Source: an uncultured delta proteobacterium (GTDB taxonomy: Bacteria; Myxococcota; B64-G9). Taken from it: a DNA stretch of 64,000 nucleotides. Under the pieces are notes generated by a model. It ran no database searches. It was not told the origin of the DNA and was given only the letters and a program-made list of their open reading frames with translations. Position numbers and translations under genes: made by a program. Of the stretch, positions 51,944 through 63,092 are shown one piece after another; positions within the stretch are counted from its first letter, which is position 1, and every line of letters starts with the position of its first letter. The stretch is taken from NCBI GenBank assembly GCA_963754925.1, contig CAVWHX010000012.1:96001-160000 (forward strand), given 5' to 3'.

Positions 51944-52859
51944 TTATTTTAGAACGATTCCCTCCAGGGCCGAGCTTACGTCAATCAATGCCACGGCCTC
52001 GGTGGTTTCACCATTCGCGATCGTGTGCAACTTTAAAGTTGTGGCGCTTGATTTGAAACCGCCAGTTGGTGCACGTGTCCGACGCCAAGGCTTGAATCGC
52101 CTCCGGCGGTATTTCGACATAACCATCGTCATAAGCGATACACCGCAGTCTGTCATAGGGCGTTGAGGAACCGGCGCCGGGGATGAGGATGACTTCGAAG
52201 TAATCCGCCGTAGAACCTTCCCATTCGACCTTCAAGGGATCTGCCCGATCCAAGGTGATGCCCAGCGAGGGTGCGGTCGAGAGATCTGTCGAACTGAGAT
52301 TGCCAAGATGTAACAGCTTTGGGAAAACCGGCGCATCGATCTGATCATTAAAGCTGGGAAAGTCGTCAGCGCCATTACTCGAGTCCACTACAAACGACAC
52401 CGGGCCGGTTCCGAAGGCGCGATCGGCGAGAATAAGGCTGGATCCGTTTGCGTTCACGGAGTGGTCGCCATCGATAAGGCCTTTGACGGTCACGGCATTC
52501 ACCTGCAAGGTTTTTGGTTGGGCGCCTTGATCGGGGTTGCTGGTGTAAACAAAACAAGACGCCGAGTATTGGTCACGCTGGGCAAGCTGCACTTGAACGC
52601 CGGTGAAATCCCTAAACTGGGCACTCACCGAGGTGCTGTGGTCGGCCCCGGCGCCGACCACCTCCAGTTCGTCAACACCTAAATTTCCAATCCAATCGGT
52701 GCCAAAGCTGTAGTCCTCTGGATATAGCGCCGGCATTCCTTCGCGAACATGTTTTTCAGAACTACAACCGATTACTACACTAAAAATCAGCAGCCCTACC
52801 CAGAAACTATTTACGAATTTTTCATGTATCATTCTTTTCCTTGCTTGAGCGTACCGCAC
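51944..52859 (-). CDS. Hypothetical lipoprotein; frameshift at ~52035
   Basis: Lipobox VIGC. Removing one A in TTTAAAG extends the frame (..KLHTIANGETTEAVALIDVSSALEGIVLK*) to 51944. Confidence 0.65.
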
Positions 52860-52864
52860 ACTTT

Positions 52865-55511
52865 TTATTGTTCTGTAACCATAAAGAAATCAGCGTCGGT
52901 CAGTGGGACCTCGGCCACATTGGGGTCTTTCTTATTGTTGTAATAGCGGATCTGCACCTGCGCCTCGCGGAAAATGGAATAGGACGTCTGGTTATTCAGC
53001 GGGACCTGGGCTAAATAGATAAAAATGTTATTATAGCCCGGTCCGAAACCCGGCGTCGTCTCAAGCGTCTCGACCAGACTTATGTTTTCTACCTTGAAGC
53101 TGATGCAGTTTTTCTGGGCCACGCCCACCACAATGCTATCTTGGAGCAGGCAGTACGTATTGGCCGGACAATTCGCGTCGGACATGCAACTGGTGTGGTT
53201 CGGATCCCCTTGACACCAGAAACCTGACTGCGGCAGTTGAGTCACATCGACCTTTACCGAGATCCAGGCCGGCTTGGTGCTTGTATCAACACGCAGGCCG
53301 TTGGAACAGGTATCGCCCTGACAGGGCGATCCGGAAGTGCAGATTCCGGACTCCGGATCGCAGCTGAGCCCGCCGGTACAGGTAGTATTGATACAGCGGT
53401 CGGTCAGGCATTCATGGAGCAAGGAATCGCACTGCTGACCCACATCGCACTCCGCCTTGATGCAATCAAAATTGCAATTTCCCGTCGTTTGATCGCACGT
53501 CTCGGTTGAGGTGCAGGTAACACTCACGCACTTATCGGGGCTGCACCCGTATAGCGGATCGCACCAGTCCCCGGTGGGGCATCCGACGGGACAATCTTTT
53601 ACGCAGCCGCAGGCGGTGTACAACAATAGGTCGCCGGAAGCGGTGATGGCGACCTCGGAACCATCCGTAACGGAGCCTTGATCGCGCCACGATAGGGTCG
53701 GGTTGGCGCGTACCTGTCCATTCGCGGTATGGGTACCCTGGGGGTGGAACGTCAGCCAGCCGACGCCGATCGCTGACCGGGCGGAAACATCGAGAATGGT
53801 TACCCCGCTGATCAGTTGCGGTTGGCTGGTGAAGGTCTTGGTCACCATTCCCTCATCGGTTACCTGGTAAAAATACGCTTTGGAGCGCTCGCGAGCGTCG
53901 TACGCTTCCGGATCGGTGTGCTGTTGCAACTCGTCTCCGTTGCTCACGCCGTCCATATCGTCGTCGTTGAGAGCGTCATTCACGAGGGGGTTGGTGCCGT
54001 TTTAACCTCGATCCCATCCGGGTAGCCGTCCCGATCGGTGTCGAACAAGGTCGGATCGGTGCCGATGATCCTTTCTTCGCAGTCATTGAGCCCGTCTCCG
54101 TCCGAATCAGGGTAGGGACGTTCCAGGTCCGCACATACCTCCGGCAAATCGAAACGCAACGGATCGAGGTTCAGGCTGGCATAGAGCATTTCGATTAGAT
54201 CGTTGATTCCGTCGCCATCCGTGTCGGCATTTGCCGGATCGGTGTCGGTGCCCGTTGGATGGTCGGGGGTCCAAACGTCCAGGGTGCAATCGCAGTTATA
54301 GATATTGGTACACTGGCCGGTCAGGATCTCGTGGTAGCATACCTCTTGACGATCGGTTAGACCATCGCCGTCGCTGTCAGGTTGGTCATCCCCGTTTTGG
54401 AATTTGGAGTTATAATTGCTTACCAGGAAAACCTTTTTGACAAATGCACTTATGGTGGTGGTGAAGCTGAGCGACCCGAACGTGATATAATCGCCCAGCA
54501 CAAAACGCAGGAAATTACCGGTCCCGGCTGCAGACATGGCTTTTAATAAATAAGCGGCTTTATCATTATTTGCGGCGTTGGGGTCGGTACACAGATAGGT
54601 AGGGCAGCAATCATGCCCCTGAACACAAGTCAAGGCAGGATTATTGCTGCAAAGCGATAGCGACTGGCATTGGCCCGGGGGGGCGCAATCGTTGGCCGCG
54701 AGTTGACAGGTCTGGCCGTGGGCATTTGAGCAGACAGGTTGCGGCGAGTAACAGACCTCATCGCCGGCGCACTGCGTCGAGCAGGTGTTGTCAGAGTCGC
54801 AGTATTTAATGGCGCTGGCCGTTGCACAGGTGCCTGGTTGGTCGTCGAGCAGAGCGGTGTGGAAAGCAAATTCGGCCAACCCGTTGTTTTTGCCGAAGGT
54901 CGCCATATCCGCAACCGCATTCCGTAGCTGACATTCGTCATCGCAACTTTGCCCGTTGACGGTGGCGGGCGAAAGAGGCGGGTTTGGCGGCCCATTGGTT
55001 AAAAGATAAAGATATAGCGGGTTCGCGAGCGAACGCCGGTGCTGCTGCTAAGCAAATCGCCGGTATAGATACTCGATGCCAACGACAAGGCCGACGCCCA
55101 GTCGCGCTGTCCCGAAGCATTGTAGACGCCGAGATCAAAGACTGCCTCCTTAAGTTGCGTCTGATCTTGCGTGTAGCCCGTGGTCAGCTGTTTGGTTTGG
55201 TCTGAGAAGGTGATGATCGAAAAGCTGTAGTTTGACGAGGATGAATATTGATTAAGAATATCTTGAACCGCGCTGGCGCGGTGATTATTCGGATCGTCGG
55301 CGAACATCGTCGCCGAGTTGTCGATGATAAACATCAGGCGCACCGGGAATTGTCGTTGAGCGGGATCGTCCGTGCAGACCTCGCCGGATACGGCGATCTT
55401 GTTGGGGAGGTTGGGTTCGACACTCTTGTTATAGAGATTGGTGTCGGTGCAGGATCCGAGCACCGTCCCAACCACCCAACACCATGATAAGACATTAGTC
55501 GCTTGGAACAT
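52865..55511 (-). CDS. MtsD-like VWA + TSP3 lipoprotein, paralog 3, with Cys-rich inserts; frameshifts at ~55002 and ~54002
   Basis: Three ORFs (54999..55511, 53980..54906, 52865..53983) join by adding one T and one A in homopolymer runs. The joined protein is collinear with the two upstream paralogs (GEVCTD..FPVRLMFIID; DSDGDGL; CISFKVENISLV; GYNNI). Confidence 0.8.
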
Positions 55512-55546
55512 GTCTGCTCCTCATAACCTTCCTATTCATTGATATT

Positions 55547-57621
55547 CTAACATTTGCTTTCATCACAAAGCGATGGATTCGGGTTAGGATTCTGTGAGGT
55601 TGGACAAGCATAACAGTTACAAGTGGGCTTACAGGTTCCGCAGATTAATGGGCAACCAGGGACGACCGTTATCGTTAGGGTGTACGGATTGGAATAATCA
55701 TAAATTGTTCGATCGGAGTGTTGAACCCTCAAGTACAATGGCCTCTTGTCCTGGTATTCTCCGCAGATATACGCGCACTCACCAATGCCAATAGTACCGG
55801 AACCGGTTCCCGGATGATGCCAGCTCATGAGCTCATCGGAGTCTTGCAAGCTTCCGCTCATAAAGAGTTCGAGATTGAGGTCGATGACGCTACTACTGTT
55901 GGTCCAAGCGATCTGGAATCCCCAATCCACTTTTGTGCTCATCCCCAAAGGAGCGGCTTCAGCCTGGTCTGGAATTCCATCTAACTCGTACCAGTCTTGA
56001 TCGCCGCGGAAGGAAAGGTATCCAGTAATTGGAGCGCAGACATAGTCAGCACCGCTAAGGCTACAGTTAATTTTCGTCGCATACTTCAGGTTCATCCCGC
56101 GCAGGTCTTGATCCTGTTGTTCGGTGGCATAGGGCAAATACAACCCATTATTTTCATTTGTGTCATTTTCAGTACGTACGGTCGCCGTTATTGAATAAGG
56201 GTTCGTCGCATCGTAATGTTGCCCCTGGAAGTCTCGCACGAATAGGTAATAGTCGCTTCCATACATGGGTGCGACGGTCTGTAAATGCCGGGGATTTCCC
56301 GATACGCTCCAATCTTGTAGAGGATCACTCGATGCGGTCATGATCAACGGACGAATCGCGCAATATCCCGAAGGAAGGCAGACACCCCCACCCTGACAAT
56401 TGTTGTCAGTGGTGCACTGTCCGGTGAAACACCTTGGATCTTGGCATGAAAAAGATAATTCGGCGCAGGTATCACCTGCAACACAAGTAGTAGTGTTGTC
56501 GGAGAGTAACAGATCGGCGGCTGGAGTTATAGCGCTTCCAGACGGGAAATTAACATCGATTTCCAACAGTTTCGGCTGACTCAAATTAACAACAGTCGGA
56601 TCAATTGATATTATATACCAGTCCTCGTCTCCCCGCGAGGCGATATAAGCGTCAACAATTGCCGCGCCGCTGGAGATCGGTGAAGCATACGCCGGCGAGT
56701 TGTTGCCGTTCGTGCTTCGATCGCGCGGGTCCGGGTTCTGTACCAGGTTCAACGTCAAGGTGTAGCCGACCGTTGTGGATGAGACGTCATCCTGCTTGTC
56801 CTTGATCACGATGTAGTAGGTTCCGGCCTGCGGAAGCGCCAGCATGTCATTAATGTTTATCGGATTGTTCTCATCGTACGCATCGCCCGAATTCAGCGGG
56901 GTGAGGTCCGGCAGATACACATCATACTCTAAATCCAACTCCGAGGCGGCGTCCGTGGTCAATCCTATCTGCAGCATCTGGTCTGTTCCGCTGACATCGA
57001 TCTTGAACCAGTCTTGATCGCCGAGATAGGAAATATAACCCTTTATACCTATCCCTGCCGTCACCGGGGTAGCATGATCCTTATCATTGTTGGGTTCGTT
57101 AGTGTCCGGATCAACAACCTGATCGATACTAATCAGGTATGGATTGCGGCTGTCTTGCCCGCCGCTATTGGCGTAGACCATTATGAAATATATTCCGCTA
57201 ACGCTGATATTGTATGTTGCTTGCAGATCGATCTGACCCTGCACATCGCCGCGACACTGGGTTCCCAGTGTCTGGGTATGATCGGTGTCCGGAATGATCG
57301 AGTAGCATAGATCGAGTTGCGATGTCGTTACGTTGTTCCACAGGTGGACCAACACGATGGTGTTCGGATTATCCGTCTAAACCAAAAGTAATCTTTGTCC
57401 CCTGCCGGGCAAATATAGCCGGGAGCAGAATCGATGCCGGGCGTGAGCTCCCAGGCAGGATCAGGCTGACCGGTATACACCATGGATGAGTTGTCGACCT
57501 GGCATGCGCCGTATTGATTGCCTCCCCCATCGTTAGAGCTGTTGCTCTTTCCACTGCATCCAAGAAACATAACAAGAGTAATCGCCGCGCCACCGATGAC
57601 CGGTATGGAGAGTCGCTTCAT
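55547..57621 (-). CDS. MtsE-like lipoprotein with repeated PPC-like (G.I...GD.DWY) domains; frameshift at ~57378
   Basis: Lipobox FLGC; four GYI/L...GD.D(W/Y)(F/Y) repeats; Cys-rich insert and tail; ORFs 57328..57621 and 55547..57355 join with one added base. Confidence 0.7.
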
Positions 57622-57684
57622 AATTATTCAAACCTCCTAGCTTACGAACCAACCTATTCGAACGTTAGGCAATCCCGATTCGGG

Positions 57685-60600
57685 TCAAACGCAATCGGTG
57701 CAGCGCTTCTGATCGGTCGAGTTCATCGGGATGCAACGGCCTTGGCAGCGCGAGTGCGGGCAGTCGCTGTCGCTGCCGCAAGGCTTGATGCACGTGCCTG
57801 CCGTGCCGCTGGGAATGTTGCACTCCCATCCCGCGCCGAGCTTTTGACAGGGACTCGCGTCGGTGCTGGTGCACGCCACCTCGACCGGGTAATTGCAGGT
57901 GCCCACCGACGCGTTGCACTGGTAGAAGGGACAATCTTGATCGCTCTGGCAGGCCTCGGCTGCCGCCGTGTCGCAGGCGCCAAGACCGGTTGTCCGCGAG
58001 CACATCCCCACGTTGCAGTTGTTGTCGTTGTTTTCAGTGGCGGGGTTGCAGGTCTTGGTGGAATCATTGATACACGTGTTGTCAGGCGTCTTACAAAACG
58101 TTTGCGGACATTCCAACGAGTTGGTGCATGCTGTGGCGGGACTGTTGCTGCATGCATAGGAAACCTGACATATGTTGGGAAAACAGTCGTCGGCGGTGGT
58201 GCAGCTCGCAGGGGGATTCGTCGACGAGCAGTACATCGCCTCGGGATTTTGAGGATCGTTTTCGGAAATACACGCATTGACCGGGCAATCGGTATTGCTG
58301 GCGCAGGCGACCTTTTGGCCGTTCTGCAAAAACGTGCAGGTATGCACCACGAGCGAGCAGAAATCAACCGGGCAGTCGATATCCAGGCTACAGGGCTTTC
58401 CCACCACCGAGTTGCAGGTGAAACCGCGGTCGCCGCGGCAATCGGTGTTCCCGGTACAGGCGGGACCCATGCAAAAACCAAGCACCGGCTCGCAATGTTG
58501 ATGCGAACAGTCCAGTGAACTCATGCAGGGTTGAGTTCGACAGCGGCCCACCGCCGCGTCGCAGGGTTGCAGCGGACAATCTGTGTCCGCCGTGCACGCA
58601 ACACCCTGGCAGGAACCGCCCAAATGACTAAGGCAATGATGCGCGACGCAGAAGGCACTATCGCAACTTTCCGTCCAGGATGAGGTGCAGTCGGAGGCCA
58701 CCGCACAGGGCTGCCGGCAGCTCTGGTTCTGACAGACAAAGCCTGCGGGACAGACGGTGGCTGCCGTTGCCGGGGTACAGGGAATCCAATTTTCCGTGCT
58801 ATCGGGTTCACAGGTCTCACCGGGATTGCAATCGCTCGGATTCTGACACGGCACCCGACACGATCCCACCAAGCAATCCGGAGTCATGCGCGCACTGACT
58901 TGGTTGGGGGGACAGGCGTTGGTAGGGCTGCAGGCGGCGTAGGGTGGAATACATTCGCGCTGAGGACATTGACCGTTCACCGGTATCGAGTGGCTCGCGT
59001 CCGTGCAGAGGTTGGTAGCCGGATCAACCGAAAAGAACGGGCAGTCGCTGTCGCTAAGGCAGGCGGCGGCCACCGGATAGGAGCACGTTCCCTGCCCGGC
59101 GTTTATTGTTTTTACGCAGGAATAATTTGGGCAGGGAGTTTTACTGTCGCAGGCGTTGCCGAGCAGGTCGACGCACGTGTAGTTGCTCGGATCGCATTCT
59201 TGATAAGGACAGTCGGCATCCGATTGACAACTCGTGCCTGCCGGCCGCTTGAAGTCCTTCTGCTCAAAGGTGACCACTCCCGAGGGCGGCACTTTTATAT
59301 CCGGCCCCGGTGAACCTTGAATGTAGCGCGCCCGGGCGCACGCCACCCGAAAGATTCCTTGGTCCGTGGTGTTGTCAAGAGGCGCTTGACCGACATACAC
59401 CATGATGTTGTTATAACCCCGCTGGGTCGATCCGACCATGGTCTCCGTAGGCATGAGCGTAATATTGTCGACCTGAAAATTGTAGCACATCCGGCCCTGG
59501 AAAACGCCCGGTAAGCGGCTCAGCTGATATCGATAGGCATATTTCGAAAACCACTCCGCGTCGGGTACGGTGGGGTTGGTATGCCAAGCAATCTCCCTGC
59601 CGTTGGACGATCCGTCGAAATCCATATCCAATTCAGTGTCATTCACGAGCGGATTGGTCCCCCCGCGCACCTCAATAAAATCAGAAATACCGTCGCCGTC
59701 GGTGTCGAAGAGCTGCGGGTCGGTGCCGAGCATGCGTTCCTCGCAGTCCCGCAGGCCGTCGCCGTCGCTATCCAACCGATCGAGGGCCGACTTGCAGTCC
59801 GCGTCGTTCGGATTCAACGGGTCGAAACCCGACTGGCGCAAACGATACTCCAGGAAATCGCTAAATCCATCGCCATCGGTATCCGGATTACCCACGGCCG
59901 TGCCCAGCGTGCGCTCAAGAGAATCCACCAGACCGTCGCCGTCGGTGTCCACGCCGTCGGATAACGGAGTCCAGGTTTGGCTCGCGTTCATGTTATAGGC
60001 CATGAAGGAGTTATCCTTGATCGAGTACGTGCGCTTGACCGAGGTATAGTCGACGTTAAGGAAATTGATCTCCTCCCCGTTGCTGAAATTACGGAACGTC
60101 CCTCCGCCGATTTGAGCCATATCCTTGAGCAATTGCTCTGCTTGTTGGAGCACGTCGGCCGGCATGTCGGTCGATAACAATGCGGTGTTGAACGTGAAGG
60201 CGGCCACCCCAAACGTCTCGGGCAGATTCATCATATCTTTGAGAGCGCTCTCGATGGAATCCGGCGTATTCACCTGGTTGATGTAATCAACCGGGTAAGG
60301 GAGACCATCGCTGATGAAGATCACCACATATTTCGTGCGTTTGCGGTCGCCGCTTGAGGAAATAGTCATGTCCATCGCCAACGTGGTCTCGGCCAACCCA
60401 ATGGCTGACTGGTAGGATGTGTTGCCGCTCGCCGGTTGGAGGGCATTGACTGCCTTCAGGAGCGGGGCGAGATCGTTGATGAACCCAACCTGGTCGGCAA
60501 TACCATCGCCGTTGGTGTCGACTTGGGTCTCTACGTCTGCGGTCGAATCAAAACGTATGATCGCGAATGACACCCCCGGATCATAGCGGTATTTCGCGAT

Positions 60601-60885
60601 AACATCCCAGACCGCCTGAACGCGGCCCGACCAACGGTTCGGAGCAGGCGGCGGATCGGTGACATTCATGCTCTGAGAGCAATCGACGATGAACATGATT
60701 TTTACGGGATAGCTCAACTCATCGGGACTCTCGGTGCAGAATTCGCCTTTGACCGTTAGCTTATTATCGAGTTCTTTCGTTCCCAGGCCCGGGGATTCGA
60801 ATACATCGGTATCAGTGCATGCCGGCTGCACCAGCGCCAAACCCAGCATGGTCATGAGCATCAGGAGTAAAAATGATCGTCTCAC
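57685..60885 (-). CDS. MtsD-like VWA + TSP3 lipoprotein, paralog 2, with a ~500-aa Cys-rich tail
   Basis: QPAC lipobox-like site; MIDAS DCSQS..T..SDG; DTDGDG repeats; CYNFQVDNITL; many C..D.DC repeats. Confidence 0.85.
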   Translation of the reverse strand: MRRSFLLLMLMTMLGLALVQPACTDTDVFESPGLGTKELDNKLTVKGEFCTESPDELSYPVKIMFIVDCSQSMNVTDPPPAPNRWSGRVQAVWDVIAKYRYDPGVSFAIIRFDSTADVETQVDTNGDGIADQVGFINDLAPLLKAVNALQPASGNTSYQSAIGLAETTLAMDMTISSSGDRKRTKYVVIFISDGLPYPVDYINQVNTPDSIESALKDMMNLPETFGVAAFTFNTALLSTDMPADVLQQAEQLLKDMAQIGGGTFRNFSNGEEINFLNVDYTSVKRTYSIKDNSFMAYNMNASQTWTPLSDGVDTDGDGLVDSLERTLGTAVGNPDTDGDGFSDFLEYRLRQSGFDPLNPNDADCKSALDRLDSDGDGLRDCEERMLGTDPQLFDTDGDGISDFIEVRGGTNPLVNDTELDMDFDGSSNGREIAWHTNPTVPDAEWFSKYAYRYQLSRLPGVFQGRMCYNFQVDNITLMPTETMVGSTQRGYNNIMVYVGQAPLDNTTDQGIFRVACARARYIQGSPGPDIKVPPSGVVTFEQKDFKRPAGTSCQSDADCPYQECDPSNYTCVDLLGNACDSKTPCPNYSCVKTINAGQGTCSYPVAAACLSDSDCPFFSVDPATNLCTDASHSIPVNGQCPQRECIPPYAACSPTNACPPNQVSARMTPDCLVGSCRVPCQNPSDCNPGETCEPDSTENWIPCTPATAATVCPAGFVCQNQSCRQPCAVASDCTSSWTESCDSAFCVAHHCLSHLGGSCQGVACTADTDCPLQPCDAAVGRCRTQPCMSSLDCSHQHCEPVLGFCMGPACTGNTDCRGDRGFTCNSVVGKPCSLDIDCPVDFCSLVVHTCTFLQNGQKVACASNTDCPVNACISENDPQNPEAMYCSSTNPPASCTTADDCFPNICQVSYACSNSPATACTNSLECPQTFCKTPDNTCINDSTKTCNPATENNDNNCNVGMCSRTTGLGACDTAAAEACQSDQDCPFYQCNASVGTCNYPVEVACTSTDASPCQKLGAGWECNIPSGTAGTCIKPCGSDSDCPHSRCQGRCIPMNSTDQKRCTDCV

Positions 60886-60925
60886 GAACCAATCCTCCTA
60901 TGCGTATTACTAACTATGCGTATCC

Positions 60926-62767
60926 CTAATTACTGGGGGTCACACAGGTTGAATTAGCAAAGTCCAAACTGAATTCCGTCGCCTTCACAAAATCAGTATC
61001 TTTCAGGGTTATTTCTCCGGTTACCGGGATTTTATAGTCCGGCTCGACATATACCGCGCGCACACACGCCACCCGAAAACGTCCGGGCTCCAGTGGATTG
61101 TCGCTTGAAGTCTGATCGAACCACAGCACAATATCGTTGTAGCCGCGCGTTGGGGCGCCAATGCGCTTGAGGGTGGTCACCAGCGTTATGTGTTGGACAT
61201 CAAATTCATAGCATTGTTGGTCCTGATTTTCGGAGGCGACCGGTTGAATCTCGTAATAGTAGCGATACGTGTTCCAAAGCTCATTATCCGCTCGAATCGG
61301 ATCGGTGTGGAACAGCAACTCGTCGCCATTGCGGTGACCGTCGGCGTCCGGATCATCGGCTGTATCGTCCCGCAACGGGTCGGTGCCCATCTGGACCTCC
61401 ATGAGGTCCGGAAACCCATCCCCGTCGGTGTCAACCAAGTTGGGGTTGGTTCCCAAAAATGCTTCCTCACAATTCAGAAGCCCGTCGCCGTCCCAGTCGG
61501 CGAAATCAGCACATTTCAAATCCCCGGCGGGAAGATTTGGATTTAAGGGATCAAATCCGGCGTTACTGTAGCGAACCTCGATTAAATCGCGGTAGCCATC
61601 GCCATCCGTATCGACCAAAAGCGGATTGGTCCCCAGTTGATACTCCTCATCATCGGACAGACCATCCCCGTCCGAGTCGGCCACAAAAATCGCGCCGGAG
61701 GGAAGGGCTTGCATATTGGTAACTATTAGATTTTTGAGGAGATAGTTGCTTTTAATTGAAGTGTAATCAATATTCAGGAAATTGATATCCTGACCGGAAG
61801 TAAAGTCGAGGAAGATGCCGTTTCCCTGCTGCGCCATCTCGCTCAACAGCGCTCGTCCACGCACCGGATCGAGGTTATAGGCAGCCTCTGCAGCCGCGCA
61901 GAGCGCCGAGGTCGGATTGCCGTATTGATCGCGACAGTAGAGAAACGCCGTGTTAAATCGCAGTTCACCAACGTGAAAGGCGGTTTTGAGGTCCATAATT
62001 TGATTAACGAGCTGAATAATCTGATTGTCAGTGTTGTAGTTCGTGCCATCCTGGAGCAGGGGAAAGAGTTGGGTATCGCTGCCGTCGTGCTGGAGCGCCA
62101 CTTGATCCATATTGAGGAAGGTGTTGGACGATACACAAAAGACCTGCAAATCTTGGGAGCACGCTGCAGCATAGGTGGGACTATTGGGATCGGTTGAGCA
62201 TCCGTAACAAACCGGATCGGGAGTACCGTCAGAAAAGAATATGATCACGTATTTGGTTCGACTGAGATCAGCCTGGGTTCCGTTCTGCATGTCTTTGAGT
62301 AATTCCCCATAGGCGACACCGAGCGCGCCTTGATAGTCAGTCATCGAGTCGGCTTCAAGAAGCCCGGCGGGGCCGAAAATATTATCTTCATTGCCCGTGA
62401 GATTGTTTTGGAAACCCTGGGTAAGTTTCACCACCCGGCCATTGAACTTGATTATGTCGAAATATACTTGCGGATTGTTTGCATATTGCTGTACAACCTG
62501 ACGTATCGCTTCCACACGATGATCGCCCTCGTCGGTTTGCTGAAGGCTTCCGGAGCAGTCCACGATAAACATGATCTTAACCGGAAAGCTCGTGTTGTCC
62601 GGTGGGTCAACGCAAATCTGACCATGGATATGAAGCTGGTTGTCGACTTGTGGAACAGCAATTTGTTGATTTACCTCAACATTGCTGTCGGTGCAGGAAT
62701 ACACTCCGACAAGAAAAATACAAAACACAAAACCCTCAAAACCACACCCCTTCTTGGCACTTTTCAT
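60926..62767 (-). CDS. mtsD: MtsD-like VWA + TSP3 lipoprotein, paralog 1
   Basis: ATG 62767 follows AGGAGG; VYSC lipobox; GQICVDPP..FPVKIMFIVDCSGS; MTDY; FFSDG; DTDGDG repeats; CYEFDVQHITLV..RGYND. Confidence 0.75.
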   Translation of the reverse strand: MKSAKKGCGFEGFVFCIFLVGVYSCTDSNVEVNQQIAVPQVDNQLHIHGQICVDPPDNTSFPVKIMFIVDCSGSLQQTDEGDHRVEAIRQVVQQYANNPQVYFDIIKFNGRVVKLTQGFQNNLTGNEDNIFGPAGLLEADSMTDYQGALGVAYGELLKDMQNGTQADLSRTKYVIIFFSDGTPDPVCYGCSTDPNSPTYAAACSQDLQVFCVSSNTFLNMDQVALQHDGSDTQLFPLLQDGTNYNTDNQIIQLVNQIMDLKTAFHVGELRFNTAFLYCRDQYGNPTSALCAAAEAAYNLDPVRGRALLSEMAQQGNGIFLDFTSGQDINFLNIDYTSIKSNYLLKNLIVTNMQALPSGAIFVADSDGDGLSDDEEYQLGTNPLLVDTDGDGYRDLIEVRYSNAGFDPLNPNLPAGDLKCADFADWDGDGLLNCEEAFLGTNPNLVDTDGDGFPDLMEVQMGTDPLRDDTADDPDADGHRNGDELLFHTDPIRADNELWNTYRYYYEIQPVASENQDQQCYEFDVQHITLVTTLKRIGAPTRGYNDIVLWFDQTSSDNPLEPGRFRVACVRAVYVEPDYKIPVTGEITLKDTDFVKATEFSLDFANSTCVTPSN

Positions 62768-62892
62768 GCCCGCCTCCTGCCCCTCGCTTCTGAGCAATCC
62801 ACCGGTAGTTTGAGTATTATCCCAACTATCCGAAGGAATTGCAAGAAAGGTAACCCTTGGGCTAAAGAAATCCTCATAAATTGAAAACAATA

Positions 62893-62908
62893 TGCAAAAT
62901 CAGAGCCA
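62893..62908 (-). promoter_or_regulatory. Sigma54 -24/-12 promoter for the mtsD-like operon
   Basis: Minus strand TGGCTC-TGATT-TTGCA; AT-rich IHF-like tract and palindrome GGTCAGTAAATTGACC (~62971-62986) upstream. Confidence 0.65.
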
Positions 62909-63092
62909 TAATAGGCATCTTTTAATTACATATAACATATTGTAATTAAATGATATTTTATCTCCAATTCGGTCAGTAAATTGACCACATGAAGCATTTC
63001 GGTTTCATTTTGCCACCAATATTAATAATATTATTTAATAACAATGAATTACATATGAAAAGTTTTCAATCTTCTCGGAAAACAACTGCGCT

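Noticed and set aside
62768..62890. N-terminal extension of the mtsD-like ORF from TTG 62890
   Set aside because: It abuts the sigma54 -12 element. ATG 62767 has a strong RBS and places the lipobox correctly.
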